From: an uncultured Candidatus Saccharibacteria bacterium
GTDB lineage: Bacteria > Patescibacteriota > Saccharimonadia > Saccharimonadales > UBA4665
NCBI GenBank assembly: GCA_964497565.1
Contig: CAZCCP010000006.1
Location: forward strand, 1,449-65,448
Direction: 5' to 3'
Length of the DNA stretch: 64,000 nt
Numbering within the stretch: position 1 is the stretch's first letter; each line of letters opens with the position of its first letter. The notes below the pieces were generated by a model. It saw only the letters and a list, made by a program, of their open reading frames with translations, was not told the DNA's origin and made no database searches. Positions 1-8,367 of the stretch are shown here, piece by piece. The translations under genes and the position numbers were made by a program.

Positions 1-1211
1 GCACCGGCCCAGCCGCCATACCGTGAAGCGTAGCCGCTGCACCACTTAAGCTGGGTCACTGGGTTAGATGGCCAGTCTGAGCCAGCACTTGCCATTTTGC
101 TTCCCGGCAAGGCCTGACAGAGACCGTAAGCACCAGATGCGTTATGCGCACCAGGGTTCCACCCAGACTCATGGCTAACGATGTAATCTACGTAAGCATA
201 GTCTCCTTGGGAGATACCTGCAAGCGCCATAACTGCCTTTTTGTCACTTGGAATCTGCACAGCCTTACCCTTGGCGACAATCTGCGCCACTGGCTGTTGC
301 ACGACAACCTCTTGAATTGCACGACGGCTAACCTCGACGCCGTTCTGTAGCTCAACCTCGTATGTTATAACCTTTTTACCAGGAGATCCCTGCTGACGAA
401 TAGCAGTCGTACCAAAGGTTAGCGAGCTGTCTTCAACGTTCTCAACAGGCATAGCGATATCCTCTTGAGAAGACACAATCTGTTTGCCCTTATGGATAAT
501 AAATACTTGCGTATTTGCGGCCAAAGGAGTCGATTCGGCAGGCTGCACGCTGTCTCCATCATGCAGCGTAATGCCCTTTTCCTTCAGAAGTGCGGACACT
601 GTCTTGGCATGTGTGCGCAGACCCACGGCAGTGCCATACAAATTCATATTTACTGGCGTTGCTCGATCGATAACCACACGCTCGCCAATCGAACTGTCGG
701 TTAGGAAGTTCTCTGTTGGCAATAATTTGAGGTTATCTTCTGGGTACACGGTTACGCCAGCCTGCTTAACAATGCTGCGAGGTGTTGCTGCGGCGCTATA
801 CGCAAACGTCTTTTGCTCACCGTCTATAACCGTGACTGGCACAGCGCGATACACGTTTACGCGAAAGTTATCACCGATGATTTGCGTATCACGGCTTGGT
901 TCGACAACGTCGCCTGAGTTGAGGTGAATCGAGAGTTTATCGAGCAATGAGCCAACAGTCTTGGCGCGCGTCGGAACCGTTTGGTGATGTTTGTCGTAGT
1001 CAAGGATAACGATGTTGGTGTCAGATGTCTGGAGCTTTGGGGTGCCGCCGTTCAGTACCAAAACGCCGACCATACCAAGAACAAGGAGCACCATAAATGT
1101 TGCTACCGGGATGGTAAACAGTGGCTTTTTGGCCAGTCGTTTAATATGACGGACGTGCCGACGTCTTGTCATATGAGCGCGACGTTGGAATTGTTGAAGT
1201 TTATTCGGCAT
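1..1211 (-). CDS. Secreted cell-wall protein with DUF348-like repeats, a G5-like domain and a C-terminal lysozyme/transglycosylase-like domain (YabE/RpfB-type architecture). The C-terminus runs off the left edge.
   Basis: Absent from the ORF track because it has no stop codon inside the window. My reverse-complement translation from the ATG at 1211..1209 gives MPNKLQQFQRRAHMTRRRHV. It continues with a TM anchor (LFTIPVATFMVLLVLGMVGVLVL), repeated DUF348-like modules, G5-like TYEVELQNGVEVSRRAIQEVVVQQPV, and then SHESGWNPGAHNASGAYGLCQALPG. Confidence 0.8.
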   Translation of the reverse strand, partial: MPNKLQQFQRRAHMTRRRHVRHIKRLAKKPLFTIPVATFMVLLVLGMVGVLVLNGGTPKLQTSDTNIVILDYDKHHQTVPTRAKTVGSLLDKLSIHLNSGDVVEPSRDTQIIGDNFRVNVYRAVPVTVIDGEQKTFAYSAAATPRSIVKQAGVTVYPEDNLKLLPTENFLTDSSIGERVVIDRATPVNMNLYGTAVGLRTHAKTVSALLKEKGITLHDGDSVQPAESTPLAANTQVFIIHKGKQIVSSQEDIAMPVENVEDSSLTFGTTAIRQQGSPGKKVITYEVELQNGVEVSRRAIQEVVVQQPVAQIVAKGKAVQIPSDKKAVMALAGISQGDYAYVDYIVSHESGWNPGAHNASGAYGLCQALPGSKMASAGSDWPSNPVTQLKWCSGYASRYGGWAG

Positions 1212-1320
1212 AACAAATGACTCGGGCTTGATTTAAAAAAGTAAAACCCCGGCCCAGACGAGTCATAGCTATTGTACCAAATTGCTTAGCTAGATTACCA
1301 CTTTACTCGTGGCTATGATG

Positions 1321-1349
1321 TTGTAATATGTGTATTTTAATTATATAAT
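1321..1349 (+). promoter_or_regulatory. Sigma70-type promoter for the first high-GC membrane-protein unit
   Basis: TTGTAA (1321-1326), a 17-nt spacer, then TATAAT (1344-1349). It sits in an AT-rich stretch immediately before GC-rich DNA. Confidence 0.5.
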
Positions 1350-1435
1350 ATGCTAGTTCTCCACTCCGTGGACCTCAGAACATTCACATTGCAGAGTGGA
1401 AGTGCTTTGGCACTACCCCTCAGGAAGGAATTCCG

Positions 1436-2032
1436 ATGACCGTCATGCCGCCGCCCGCATGGGCGATGGTTGCCGCCGCGCTTGTGATGCTCTTCAGCAT
1501 CGCGTCAGCAACGGTAATGCGCAGCCAGCACAGCACGGACGCCAGCTATTCCCGCCTCTACAGCTTCGTGCTGTCAGGCTTCGGCGGGCTGAACCTCGGT
1601 CTCCTGCTGGCGATGCAACTGGCCTACAAGCCGGGCTTCACCTACGCCGCGGAGCACCCGAAGATCATCTTCGGCTACATCGTCGGCGAGTGGGTCGTGA
1701 TCATCTGCGCCCTATGCAACTCGTTCAGGAACTACGGCGTGTTCACGCTGAAGCCCATCTCGATGGAGCTGTTCCTGAACGGCATGGCGTGCTGCTACCT
1801 GTTCGCACTCGCGTGCAACCAGCTGGCCGCGATCGCAAGCAGCCCCAACGGCGGCCACGAGGCCCTGAAACTGGGAGCGTTCGTCTTCGGGATGACCAGC
1901 GTCGCCGCGATCATGACCCTCGCCAGCTACCTGTCCACCTGGACCGAAAGCCGTTTCAACTCGCCCGCCCCCGCGGACGGCAAGACGGCTCAGTCCAACA
2001 CGGCCAAGCCCAACACGAGCAAGGAGCTCTAA
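1436..2032 (+). CDS. High-GC 5-TM membrane protein (cassette protein A), unknown family
   Basis: ORF track, 198 aa. RBS AGGAAGGA lies 6-7 nt upstream of the ATG. Codon third positions are strongly G/C (ACC GTC ATG CCG CCG CCC ...). Five hydrophobic segments. Overlapping ORFs in other frames look like high-GC shadows. Confidence 0.8.
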   Translation: MTVMPPPAWAMVAAALVMLFSIASATVMRSQHSTDASYSRLYSFVLSGFGGLNLGLLLAMQLAYKPGFTYAAEHPKIIFGYIVGEWVVIICALCNSFRNYGVFTLKPISMELFLNGMACCYLFALACNQLAAIASSPNGGHEALKLGAFVFGMTSVAAIMTLASYLSTWTESRFNSPAPADGKTAQSNTAKPNTSKEL

Positions 2033-2545
2033 ATGCACCTCGACCTCCAGAAGGCCAACGTGGCAGCGCTGCTGACACTCATGCTCATCGGCATCATCCA
2101 CTACGTCATCCTGACGCGGCGGATCGGAAGCAACAAGGTCGACAACGGCTACGGCGTCCGCCTGTTCCTGGTACTCATCAGCCTGGCACTCCTGGACGCC
2201 AACGGCTGGACGATCACCAAGTGGCTGTTCGCCCTGTTCAGCGCGTGCTACTGCGTGGCAACCTTCGGTAAGTTCGTCCGGACTTTCGCCGAGAAGTACA
2301 CACTGGATGCCGCGTTCGAACTGTCGACGACCTTCCTGCTGTTCACCACAGCAACGCTGCTCCTGCAGGTCGCTGTGCACGGCAAGTCCACCGGCTTCAT
2401 CCACGGCATCAACGTCGTCCTGCTGGTGATCGACGCGGCCACGCTCGTGATGGCCCTCATGGTCACCGCCCTGAGCGTCCGTCGCTACACCACCATGTCG
2501 GACATCTACGTGCCCACCCCGGCGGGTAAGCCCCCCATGTTCTAG
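2033..2545 (+). CDS. High-GC 5-TM membrane protein (cassette protein B), translationally coupled to A
   Basis: ORF track, 170 aa. The ATG directly abuts the TAA stop of A (TAAATG). The RBS AAGGAG is embedded in the last codons of A (K-E-L). GC-rich third positions; five hydrophobic segments. Confidence 0.8.
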   Translation: MHLDLQKANVAALLTLMLIGIIHYVILTRRIGSNKVDNGYGVRLFLVLISLALLDANGWTITKWLFALFSACYCVATFGKFVRTFAEKYTLDAAFELSTTFLLFTTATLLLQVAVHGKSTGFIHGINVVLLVIDAATLVMALMVTALSVRRYTTMSDIYVPTPAGKPPMF

Positions 2546-2568
2546 CCCTCGCGGCTGCCTCTACGTAC

Positions 2569-2622
2569 GGTGGGCGCGGGGGGGGGGGGGACTCGGGCTC
2601 ACCCCCCCCCCGCCGCACCACC
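2569..2622 (+). repeat. Inverted homopolymer hairpin: GGTGGGCGC-G13, loop, C10-GCCGCACCACC
   Basis: G run at 2578-2590 (13 nt) and C run at 2602-2611 (10 nt), separated by ACTCGGGCTCA. Flanking bases are also partly complementary. Confidence 0.7.
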
Positions 2623-2653
2623 AAACCACTCTGCAATATCAATCACGTATACG

Positions 2654-2680
2654 CCCCACCTGAGAAAGTGGGGATTTTTA
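2654..2680 (+). terminator. Intrinsic terminator of the A-B unit
   Basis: CCCCAC (2654-2659), loop CTGAGAAA, GTGGGG (2668-2673), followed by ATTTTTA. Confidence 0.6.
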
Positions 2681-2691
2681 GTTCTCACCCC

Positions 2692-2727
2692 TGATAAATA
2701 TTGTGTAAATGTGTATAATATTATAAA
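2692..2727 (+). promoter_or_regulatory. Promoter region for the second membrane-protein unit (exact hexamers ambiguous)
   Basis: TGATAA, 16 nt, then TGTATAAT (TATAAT at 2714-2719). A second TATAAA lies at 2722-2727. AT-rich block between two GC-rich blocks. Confidence 0.35.
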
Positions 2728-2811
2728 ATATGCGCGTATCTTTGCGGCCTTCGCAGAGCGTACCTCGACAACAGAGTGGTTCTCACAAGGAAACCACAGG
2801 AATGAGCAGCA

Positions 2812-3354
2812 ATGCCGCTCACCACAATCGTCGCAGCCAGTGTGCTGGGACTCTTTGCCCTGCTGATCGGCCTGTTCGGCAACAGCTTGGACGAAGACGA
2901 GAACGACTTCTACCGCGGCATCATGTTCGCAGTGGCAGCCGGTGCTGGTTGGATTGTCTTCTGTCTGAGCCACCCGGCTGGGCACATGGAAGATCTCCGC
3001 TACATTGGCGACCACACGGCGCTGGCAATATTCTTCGTTCTCATCGCCAAGGCGGTCTTCGACATCCTCTTCGAGGGTATGAAGGCTCAGCTACGCGATG
3101 TACTCGAAGTTGTCGGCATCTGTGCCCTCATCGGCTCCGTCGGTATGAAAGCCAGAGAAGTAGCCGCTCACGGGGCTCAGCCCAACCTTCACGCAGCCAA
3201 CATCTGGCTCATGATCGCCGGCTACCTGTGCCTCCTGGCGCTCATCATCGGCAGTGTCCTCAAGGGGAGCTGGCGTACGACGACCGCTGAGAGTGACACC
3301 AAAATCCCGAACGGACCACGGCACCGCGCACCCCGCGGACGCAAACACCCCTGA
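2812..3354 (+). CDS. High-GC 5-TM membrane protein (cassette protein C)
   Basis: ORF track, 180 aa. GC-rich third positions. Five hydrophobic segments and a basic C-terminal tail (PRHRAPRGRKHP). Confidence 0.8.
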   Translation: MPLTTIVAASVLGLFALLIGLFGNSLDEDENDFYRGIMFAVAAGAGWIVFCLSHPAGHMEDLRYIGDHTALAIFFVLIAKAVFDILFEGMKAQLRDVLEVVGICALIGSVGMKAREVAAHGAQPNLHAANIWLMIAGYLCLLALIIGSVLKGSWRTTTAESDTKIPNGPRHRAPRGRKHP

Positions 3355-3378
3355 CGTACCGAAAGGACGCGATTCCCA

Positions 3379-3972
3379 ATGACCGCTCTCGCCGTCGCCA
3401 TCGCGCTGTTTCTGACCATCGCCACACCCCAGTTCGTGATGCGCAACCGCGCACGCGACAACAGCAGCATGCCGTACATCGTCGTCGCAGCCGTCTTCAC
3501 CGCAAACGCCCTCTTCGCCACCATCTACCTGAGCATGCCTGGCATGTTCACGGGGCGACTGAGCAGCATCGGAGATGGGATCCTGATGACTGGCATCGCG
3601 TACGCAGCAGCCAAGGCTCTGGCGACCAAGACGGCAGCCCTCACTGACAAGCTGGAGATCTCCCTGGTCATCAGCGGCGCCATCGCGACCGCATCCAGGG
3701 CGTACAGCCTGCACTACACGGGCGCGAACAACCACTTCAATCTGTGGTACTGCGTCTCGGGCGCGACCTTCATCGTGCTGACGACCATCCTCCTGGTGGC
3801 CATCAAGCGCGACAACGACAAGCTCGAAGCCACACTGGCCCAGGCCCGTCGTGACCAAGCGTCCCGCCACCAAGCTCCCATGGAGGAGTGCACCACCGAC
3901 CCGGACCACTGGCTCAAGTATCACGCCCCCAACCCCGGTCCCATCGACCCGCGGTACAAGAAGGAGCTCTGA
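3379..3972 (+). CDS. High-GC 5-TM membrane protein (cassette protein D)
   Basis: ORF track, 197 aa. RBS-like GAAAGGA upstream. Ends in AAGGAGCTCTGA (..KKEL*), almost identical to the 3' end of A (AAGGAGCTCTAA). Confidence 0.8.
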   Translation: MTALAVAIALFLTIATPQFVMRNRARDNSSMPYIVVAAVFTANALFATIYLSMPGMFTGRLSSIGDGILMTGIAYAAAKALATKTAALTDKLEISLVISGAIATASRAYSLHYTGANNHFNLWYCVSGATFIVLTTILLVAIKRDNDKLEATLAQARRDQASRHQAPMEECTTDPDHWLKYHAPNPGPIDPRYKKEL

Positions 3973-4005
3973 ACCAACCGGCCGTCTGGCCTACCTGGAG
4001 TAGAA

Positions 4006-4059
4006 CGCGCGTTCGCGCGGCGGATCCTGGCATCAGCCATCCGTCCGCGCGAACTGCGC
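4006..4059 (+). other. Long GC-rich stem-loop downstream of protein D
   Basis: CGCGCGTTCGCGCGG (4006-4020) pairs with CCGCGCGAACTGCGC (4045-4059) with one bulge. The loop is about 24 nt. Confidence 0.6.
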
Positions 4060-4109
4060 CGCTCCTCTTCAAAAAACCACTCTGTTGTCCTCAAACCCTC
4101 GTCTTATTC

Positions 4110-4141
4110 AAAAGAGCCCCCTGCGTTGGGGGCTCTTTTTA
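4110..4141. terminator. Bidirectional intrinsic terminator shared by the C-D unit (+) and the helicase gene (-)
   Basis: AAAAGAGCCCCC, loop TGCGTT, GGGGGCTCTTTTT. A-run on one side and T-run on the other. It overlaps the helicase stop codon. Confidence 0.7.
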
Positions 4142-6388
4142 TTGCTCGACTTTGGTAATTGGTGCAAAACCTATATTGAGCTTCTTGGCACCTTTGCCCT
4201 TGAAATAAATGGTAGCGTTATCGCCGTCCATCTCCATGACTTGTCCTAACCCAAAGACTGCGTGCTTAACAGCATCACCCTCATACAGCTCGGGGACGTA
4301 GCGCGGTTCATCGTTGTCTACAACAGGGATGTCTTCCGGTTCGGCAGTCGATTCCATTTTGCGAAAACCTTGGCCAAAACCAGACTTCCCCTGGTTACCG
4401 TAGACGCCAGCATCTGGCTGGAAATCGGCGTCAACTTCACTCAAAAAACGTGACGGAGGATTTTGCTGCACTGCGCCGAAAAGCATGCGGCTCACGGTGT
4501 AAAGCATGTAGAGCTCTTCGCGAGCGCGGGTCATGCCGACGTAACAGAGGCGGCGCTCTTCTTCCATCGACGCTTCGTCGTACAGCGAGCGAGAAGTTGG
4601 GAACACCGTTTCTTCCATTCCCACCATAAATACGGCTGGAAATTCCAGACCCTTAGCAGCATGAAGTGTCATGAGCGTAACAGCATTGCCCTCAAAATCA
4701 GCCTGATCAACATCACTCACGAGACTTACTTCCTCAAGAAAAACGTCCAGACCTTCGTCTGTATAATTCTGGGCAACACCGACGAGCTCCTTGACGTTTT
4801 CCGCCTTGGATTCACCGGCAGGAGTACCGTCATTGACGTAGTTTATGTAGTCGAGGCGACGAACGATGCTGTCGATAATGCCGGCAGGCGGTGTGTCTTC
4901 CATGAGGTCGCGAAATGTCGACAGCATCTCACCAAGCTCGCTGAGGCCACGAATAGCGCGATCGGTCAGCATGTCACAATCTTCGACCTGACTCAGTGCC
5001 TGGAACAACGTATATTTGTTGGCCTGCTTCCACAAGAAGAAGTTCTCTACAGACTTCGCGCCCACACCGCGAGTTGGCACGTTGACGACACGCTGGAAAC
5101 TTACGCGATCTTCGGGCTGGTATATAAGACGAACGTACGCCATGAGATCTTTGATTTCTTTGCGGTCGTAGAAACGCTGGCCACCAACGATGCGGTACGG
5201 AATTCCATAATGGATAAATGTTTCTTCGACCATGCGACTTTGAGCGTTGGTACGGTACAGGACGGCGAAGTGGCTATACTTGCGAACACCACTGTCGACG
5301 CCATTACGGATACGGCGAACAATTGCGTCGCCTTCGGCACGTTCGTTAGCCACCTGCAACATCTGCACAGCCAAGCCTTCACCAGACGCCGTCCACAGTT
5401 TCTTGTCGGATCGCTGCTTATTCTTGGTGATAATCGTGTGTGCAGCATCCAAAATCGCTTTTGTACTACGATAATTTTGCTCAAGTTTGATAACCGTCGC
5501 TTGCGGGTAGTCTTTTTCGAAATTCAAAATGTTGCGGAAATCGGCACCGCGCCAGCTGTAAATGCTCTGCCAGTCATCGCCTACTACCGCAATGTTATTG
5601 CTGGCGTTGGTCATCATGCGCACGAGCTTATACTGCGCTGCATTTGTATCTTGGTATTCGTCAATCATAATGTAGCGGAATCGCTTCTGCCACTTCTTGC
5701 GTACTGTTTCTTGGGTGCTCATCATGCGCACCGTTGCGCTAATAAGATCATCAAAGTCTAGTGCGGCTGCTTCACGAAGCGACTGTTCATACAACGGATA
5801 CACTTGCGCCGCTGTTCGTTCTGCCGGGCTAGACTCGTTATTGGCAAATTCCTCAGGACTCATCAGGTCGTTTTTGGCGTTACTTATCATGCTGCCAATG
5901 ACTTTAGCTGGGAATGTCTTCTCGTCGATTGCCAACTGTTTGCATGCTTGTTTTACGGCTGACATGCGATCGGACTCGTCAAAGATGACGAAGCTCTTCG
6001 GAATACCAATGCTTTCACCATCCTGTCGTAAAATACGTACACAAATAGAGTGGAACGTACCCATGTAGGGCATGAAACTTCGGTTATCAGGGTCTTCACC
6101 AAGCAAGTGTGCGACGCGCTCACGCATTTCACGGGCGGCTTTGTTGGTAAACGTCACTGCCAAGATATTAAACGGCGACGCTTTGCGGGTCGAAATAAGA
6201 TACGCGATACGATGGGTTAGTGTTTTGGTTTTGCCAGATCCGGCGCCAGCCTGAATAAGCAGCGGCCCCTCGGTTGTAATAACCGCGCGCTTTTGCTCAT
6301 CGTTGAGCCCCTTAACAAGCTCAGCCTCAGGACCAGTAACAGTACCCGCAGGAACTTCATCGGCCCAGGGGTCAAAAATATCATCCAT
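4139..6388 (-). CDS. pcrA: ATP-dependent DNA helicase, UvrD/PcrA family
   Basis: Walker A AGAGSGKT, DEYQDTN, VGDDWQSIYSWRGA, TLHAAKGLEF, and the C-terminal AVFGLGQV..IYF motif typical of the family. The ORF track starts at a TTG (6418). I prefer the first ATG at 6388 (MDDIFDPW). Confidence 0.92.
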   Translation of the reverse strand: MDDIFDPWADEVPAGTVTGPEAELVKGLNDEQKRAVITTEGPLLIQAGAGSGKTKTLTHRIAYLISTRKASPFNILAVTFTNKAAREMRERVAHLLGEDPDNRSFMPYMGTFHSICVRILRQDGESIGIPKSFVIFDESDRMSAVKQACKQLAIDEKTFPAKVIGSMISNAKNDLMSPEEFANNESSPAERTAAQVYPLYEQSLREAAALDFDDLISATVRMMSTQETVRKKWQKRFRYIMIDEYQDTNAAQYKLVRMMTNASNNIAVVGDDWQSIYSWRGADFRNILNFEKDYPQATVIKLEQNYRSTKAILDAAHTIITKNKQRSDKKLWTASGEGLAVQMLQVANERAEGDAIVRRIRNGVDSGVRKYSHFAVLYRTNAQSRMVEETFIHYGIPYRIVGGQRFYDRKEIKDLMAYVRLIYQPEDRVSFQRVVNVPTRGVGAKSVENFFLWKQANKYTLFQALSQVEDCDMLTDRAIRGLSELGEMLSTFRDLMEDTPPAGIIDSIVRRLDYINYVNDGTPAGESKAENVKELVGVAQNYTDEGLDVFLEEVSLVSDVDQADFEGNAVTLMTLHAAKGLEFPAVFMVGMEETVFPTSRSLYDEASMEEERRLCYVGMTRAREELYMLYTVSRMLFGAVQQNPPSRFLSEVDADFQPDAGVYGNQGKSGFGQGFRKMESTAEPEDIPVVDNDEPRYVPELYEGDAVKHAVFGLGQVMEMDGDNATIYFKGKGAKKLNIGFAPITKVEQ

Positions 6389-6488
6389 GCAAAATGTTCC
6401 AATCCCCGTTTGATCCAACCATATGCTCTATATTGTAGCAGCTAGCGGTACTGCGCGCTGTTGTAACTTATGACGAAAATGAGTAATT

Positions 6489-7298
6489 TTAGAAGAAGTG
6501 AGTATGTGGGATACCGTCTTTGACGAGTATTCCGGAGTCGAGAAGGATATCAACGACGATCACTGCAACAACTGCGAGGATGGCGAATGTTACAAAAAAC
6601 TTGAGCCAGCCATTGCTGTAGTTGTGGTGTGAGACGACAATTTGAGGCTGTGCTGACACGGGTTGTTCATCAGGCATGGTAGGAAGTGGCTCCGCAGTGT
6701 CATCTGGCTTAGACGGTTGCGCCTGTTGTACAGATGCTTGGAAATCGGACGCATCTTCAAACACAATACCCGTCGTACCGGGGTTCTGGGACTCTGGCTT
6801 GGATACTTCAGGTACCGTTGGTTCGGCCGCGGCGGGTACTGGCGGTTCCTGCTCAGACTGTGCTTCGGCTACGCCTGGGTTGCCAGAATCAGATGAGTTC
6901 GTATCGACTGTCGTACTAGTTGCTAACGTTGCTAATTCGTCGGCAACATAGGGCCCATCGTACGGTTTTGTCTGTGTGTCTGACTGGTCCTGCTCAGTAG
7001 GCGTAGGTGCAGTACTAGCGTCTGGCTGTTGATCGCTTGGCTGATCTGCTACGAGTGCATCTGCGACAGGCGCCGGCTTGGACTCATCGTTGGTTGGTTG
7101 AAGTGTGACTTTTTTGTTGCTGTCCATAAGTGAACGCTCCTCATTTCGGTCCGACATCATCGGATCTTTGACCTGCGGCTTGTGGCCCACAATTACCGAT
7201 CGTGCCGTAGGTTCCGCCACTGTTTTGCCAGGGCGCATAACATCAAACACTTTTCGTGGTGCAGTACTTTCAGAATCTTTTTTTGGTTTATGCTTCAT
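6489..7298 (-). CDS. Hypothetical low-complexity protein with a C-terminal TM anchor
   Basis: ORF track, 269 aa. Pro/Glu/Gln-rich body and C-terminal LKFFVTFAILAVVAVIVVDILL. Its start overlaps the end of tpiA by 11 nt, which suggests an operon. Confidence 0.65.
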   Translation of the reverse strand: MKHKPKKDSESTAPRKVFDVMRPGKTVAEPTARSVIVGHKPQVKDPMMSDRNEERSLMDSNKKVTLQPTNDESKPAPVADALVADQPSDQQPDASTAPTPTEQDQSDTQTKPYDGPYVADELATLATSTTVDTNSSDSGNPGVAEAQSEQEPPVPAAAEPTVPEVSKPESQNPGTTGIVFEDASDFQASVQQAQPSKPDDTAEPLPTMPDEQPVSAQPQIVVSHHNYSNGWLKFFVTFAILAVVAVIVVDILLDSGILVKDGIPHTHFF

Positions 7299-8079
7299 GG
7301 TCTAGCTCGTGTTGCATTCGATATGCGGAATCAATGATTCCCGCAAATTTATATGGGTTTATGCTGGCGCCGCCGACAAGTGCGCCGTCACAACCATCGA
7401 CTTCAAGATAGCCGCGAACGAGATGCTCGTCAACGCTTCCTCCGTAAAGAACGCGAATCATGCTTGCCGTGTGTGAGCCATACAGCGACTCAACTTGGGC
7501 GCGAATAAATGTAATAGCCGCTTCGGCTTCGCGAGGTTTAGCAAGCTTGCCACCGAAAGTGCTAATTGCCCAGACTGGCTCATATGCAATGACAACGTTA
7601 GCAACCTCGGCCGTCGTAAGATTACTGAGCGCAGAAGTTACTTGGTCATGTAGTACTTGGTTCGTCAGACCTTCCTCACGCTCGTGTTTGGTCTCGCCAA
7701 CACACAGAATCGGCGTAATATCGTTGCGTACTGCAGCCTGGACCTTGTCACGAATCATATCGAGCGATTCGTTGAAGTAAATGCGGCGTTCAGAGTGCCC
7801 GACAATGACATAATGGACAATGTCACGCAACATTGTAAACGAAACTTCACCCGTAAAAGCACCCTCATCTTTGAGGTAGGCATTTTGGGCCGCGAGTCGG
7901 AACTTGCGGCGGTCAATCTGCGTGCTCATCGGCTGGAGAGCTAACATACTTGGCGCCAGCACAACTTCGATGTCACGATGGATGCGCGTACGCTCCTGTA
8001 AGCGGTGCACAAGCAAACTCGCCTGACTAACATTCAGGTGCATTTTCCAGTTTGCAACTATTAAGAGTTTTCGGGACAT
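7288..8079 (-). CDS. tpiA: Triosephosphate isomerase
   Basis: ANWKMH, VIVGHSERR, AYEPVWAI and YGGSV motifs. Confidence 0.93.
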   Translation of the reverse strand: MSRKLLIVANWKMHLNVSQASLLVHRLQERTRIHRDIEVVLAPSMLALQPMSTQIDRRKFRLAAQNAYLKDEGAFTGEVSFTMLRDIVHYVIVGHSERRIYFNESLDMIRDKVQAAVRNDITPILCVGETKHEREEGLTNQVLHDQVTSALSNLTTAEVANVVIAYEPVWAISTFGGKLAKPREAEAAITFIRAQVESLYGSHTASMIRVLYGGSVDEHLVRGYLEVDGCDGALVGGASINPYKFAGIIDSAYRMQHELDHEA

Positions 8080-8367
8080 ATATACGTTTTTAACTATTTC
8101 TAGCTTAGCATAAGCACGTTACCAATTACAAAGGTTCAACACTTGCATTCGTATATAGCTGGCGCTACACTGCGACTATGGAACAAAGTACACGACTCAC
8201 AAACACCGACCAGTTAAACACTTTAGAGACTATCGACCTGGATGCGACTCCAGATGCAAACCTTGAGGACCGCGTGGTAACCATTGCTACACTTGGTCAG
8301 ATATGTTCACATGGTTGTCGTGACGAAAATGGCGGCTGCCAAGAACCTATCGGTTGCCCTCGCCGCT

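Noticed and set aside
1396-3924. Long alternative-frame and antisense ORFs in the first high-GC island (1396..2271 +, 1712..2404 -, 2730..3290 +, 3091..3924 -).
   Set aside because: These are high-GC shadow ORFs with Arg/Gly/Pro-rich, low-complexity products. The chosen frames have RBSs, GC-rich third positions and coherent 5-TM topology.
4463-5761. A 432-aa plus-strand ORF inside the helicase gene.
   Set aside because: It is antisense to a helicase gene that carries several canonical UvrD/PcrA-family motifs, and I recognise no motifs in it.
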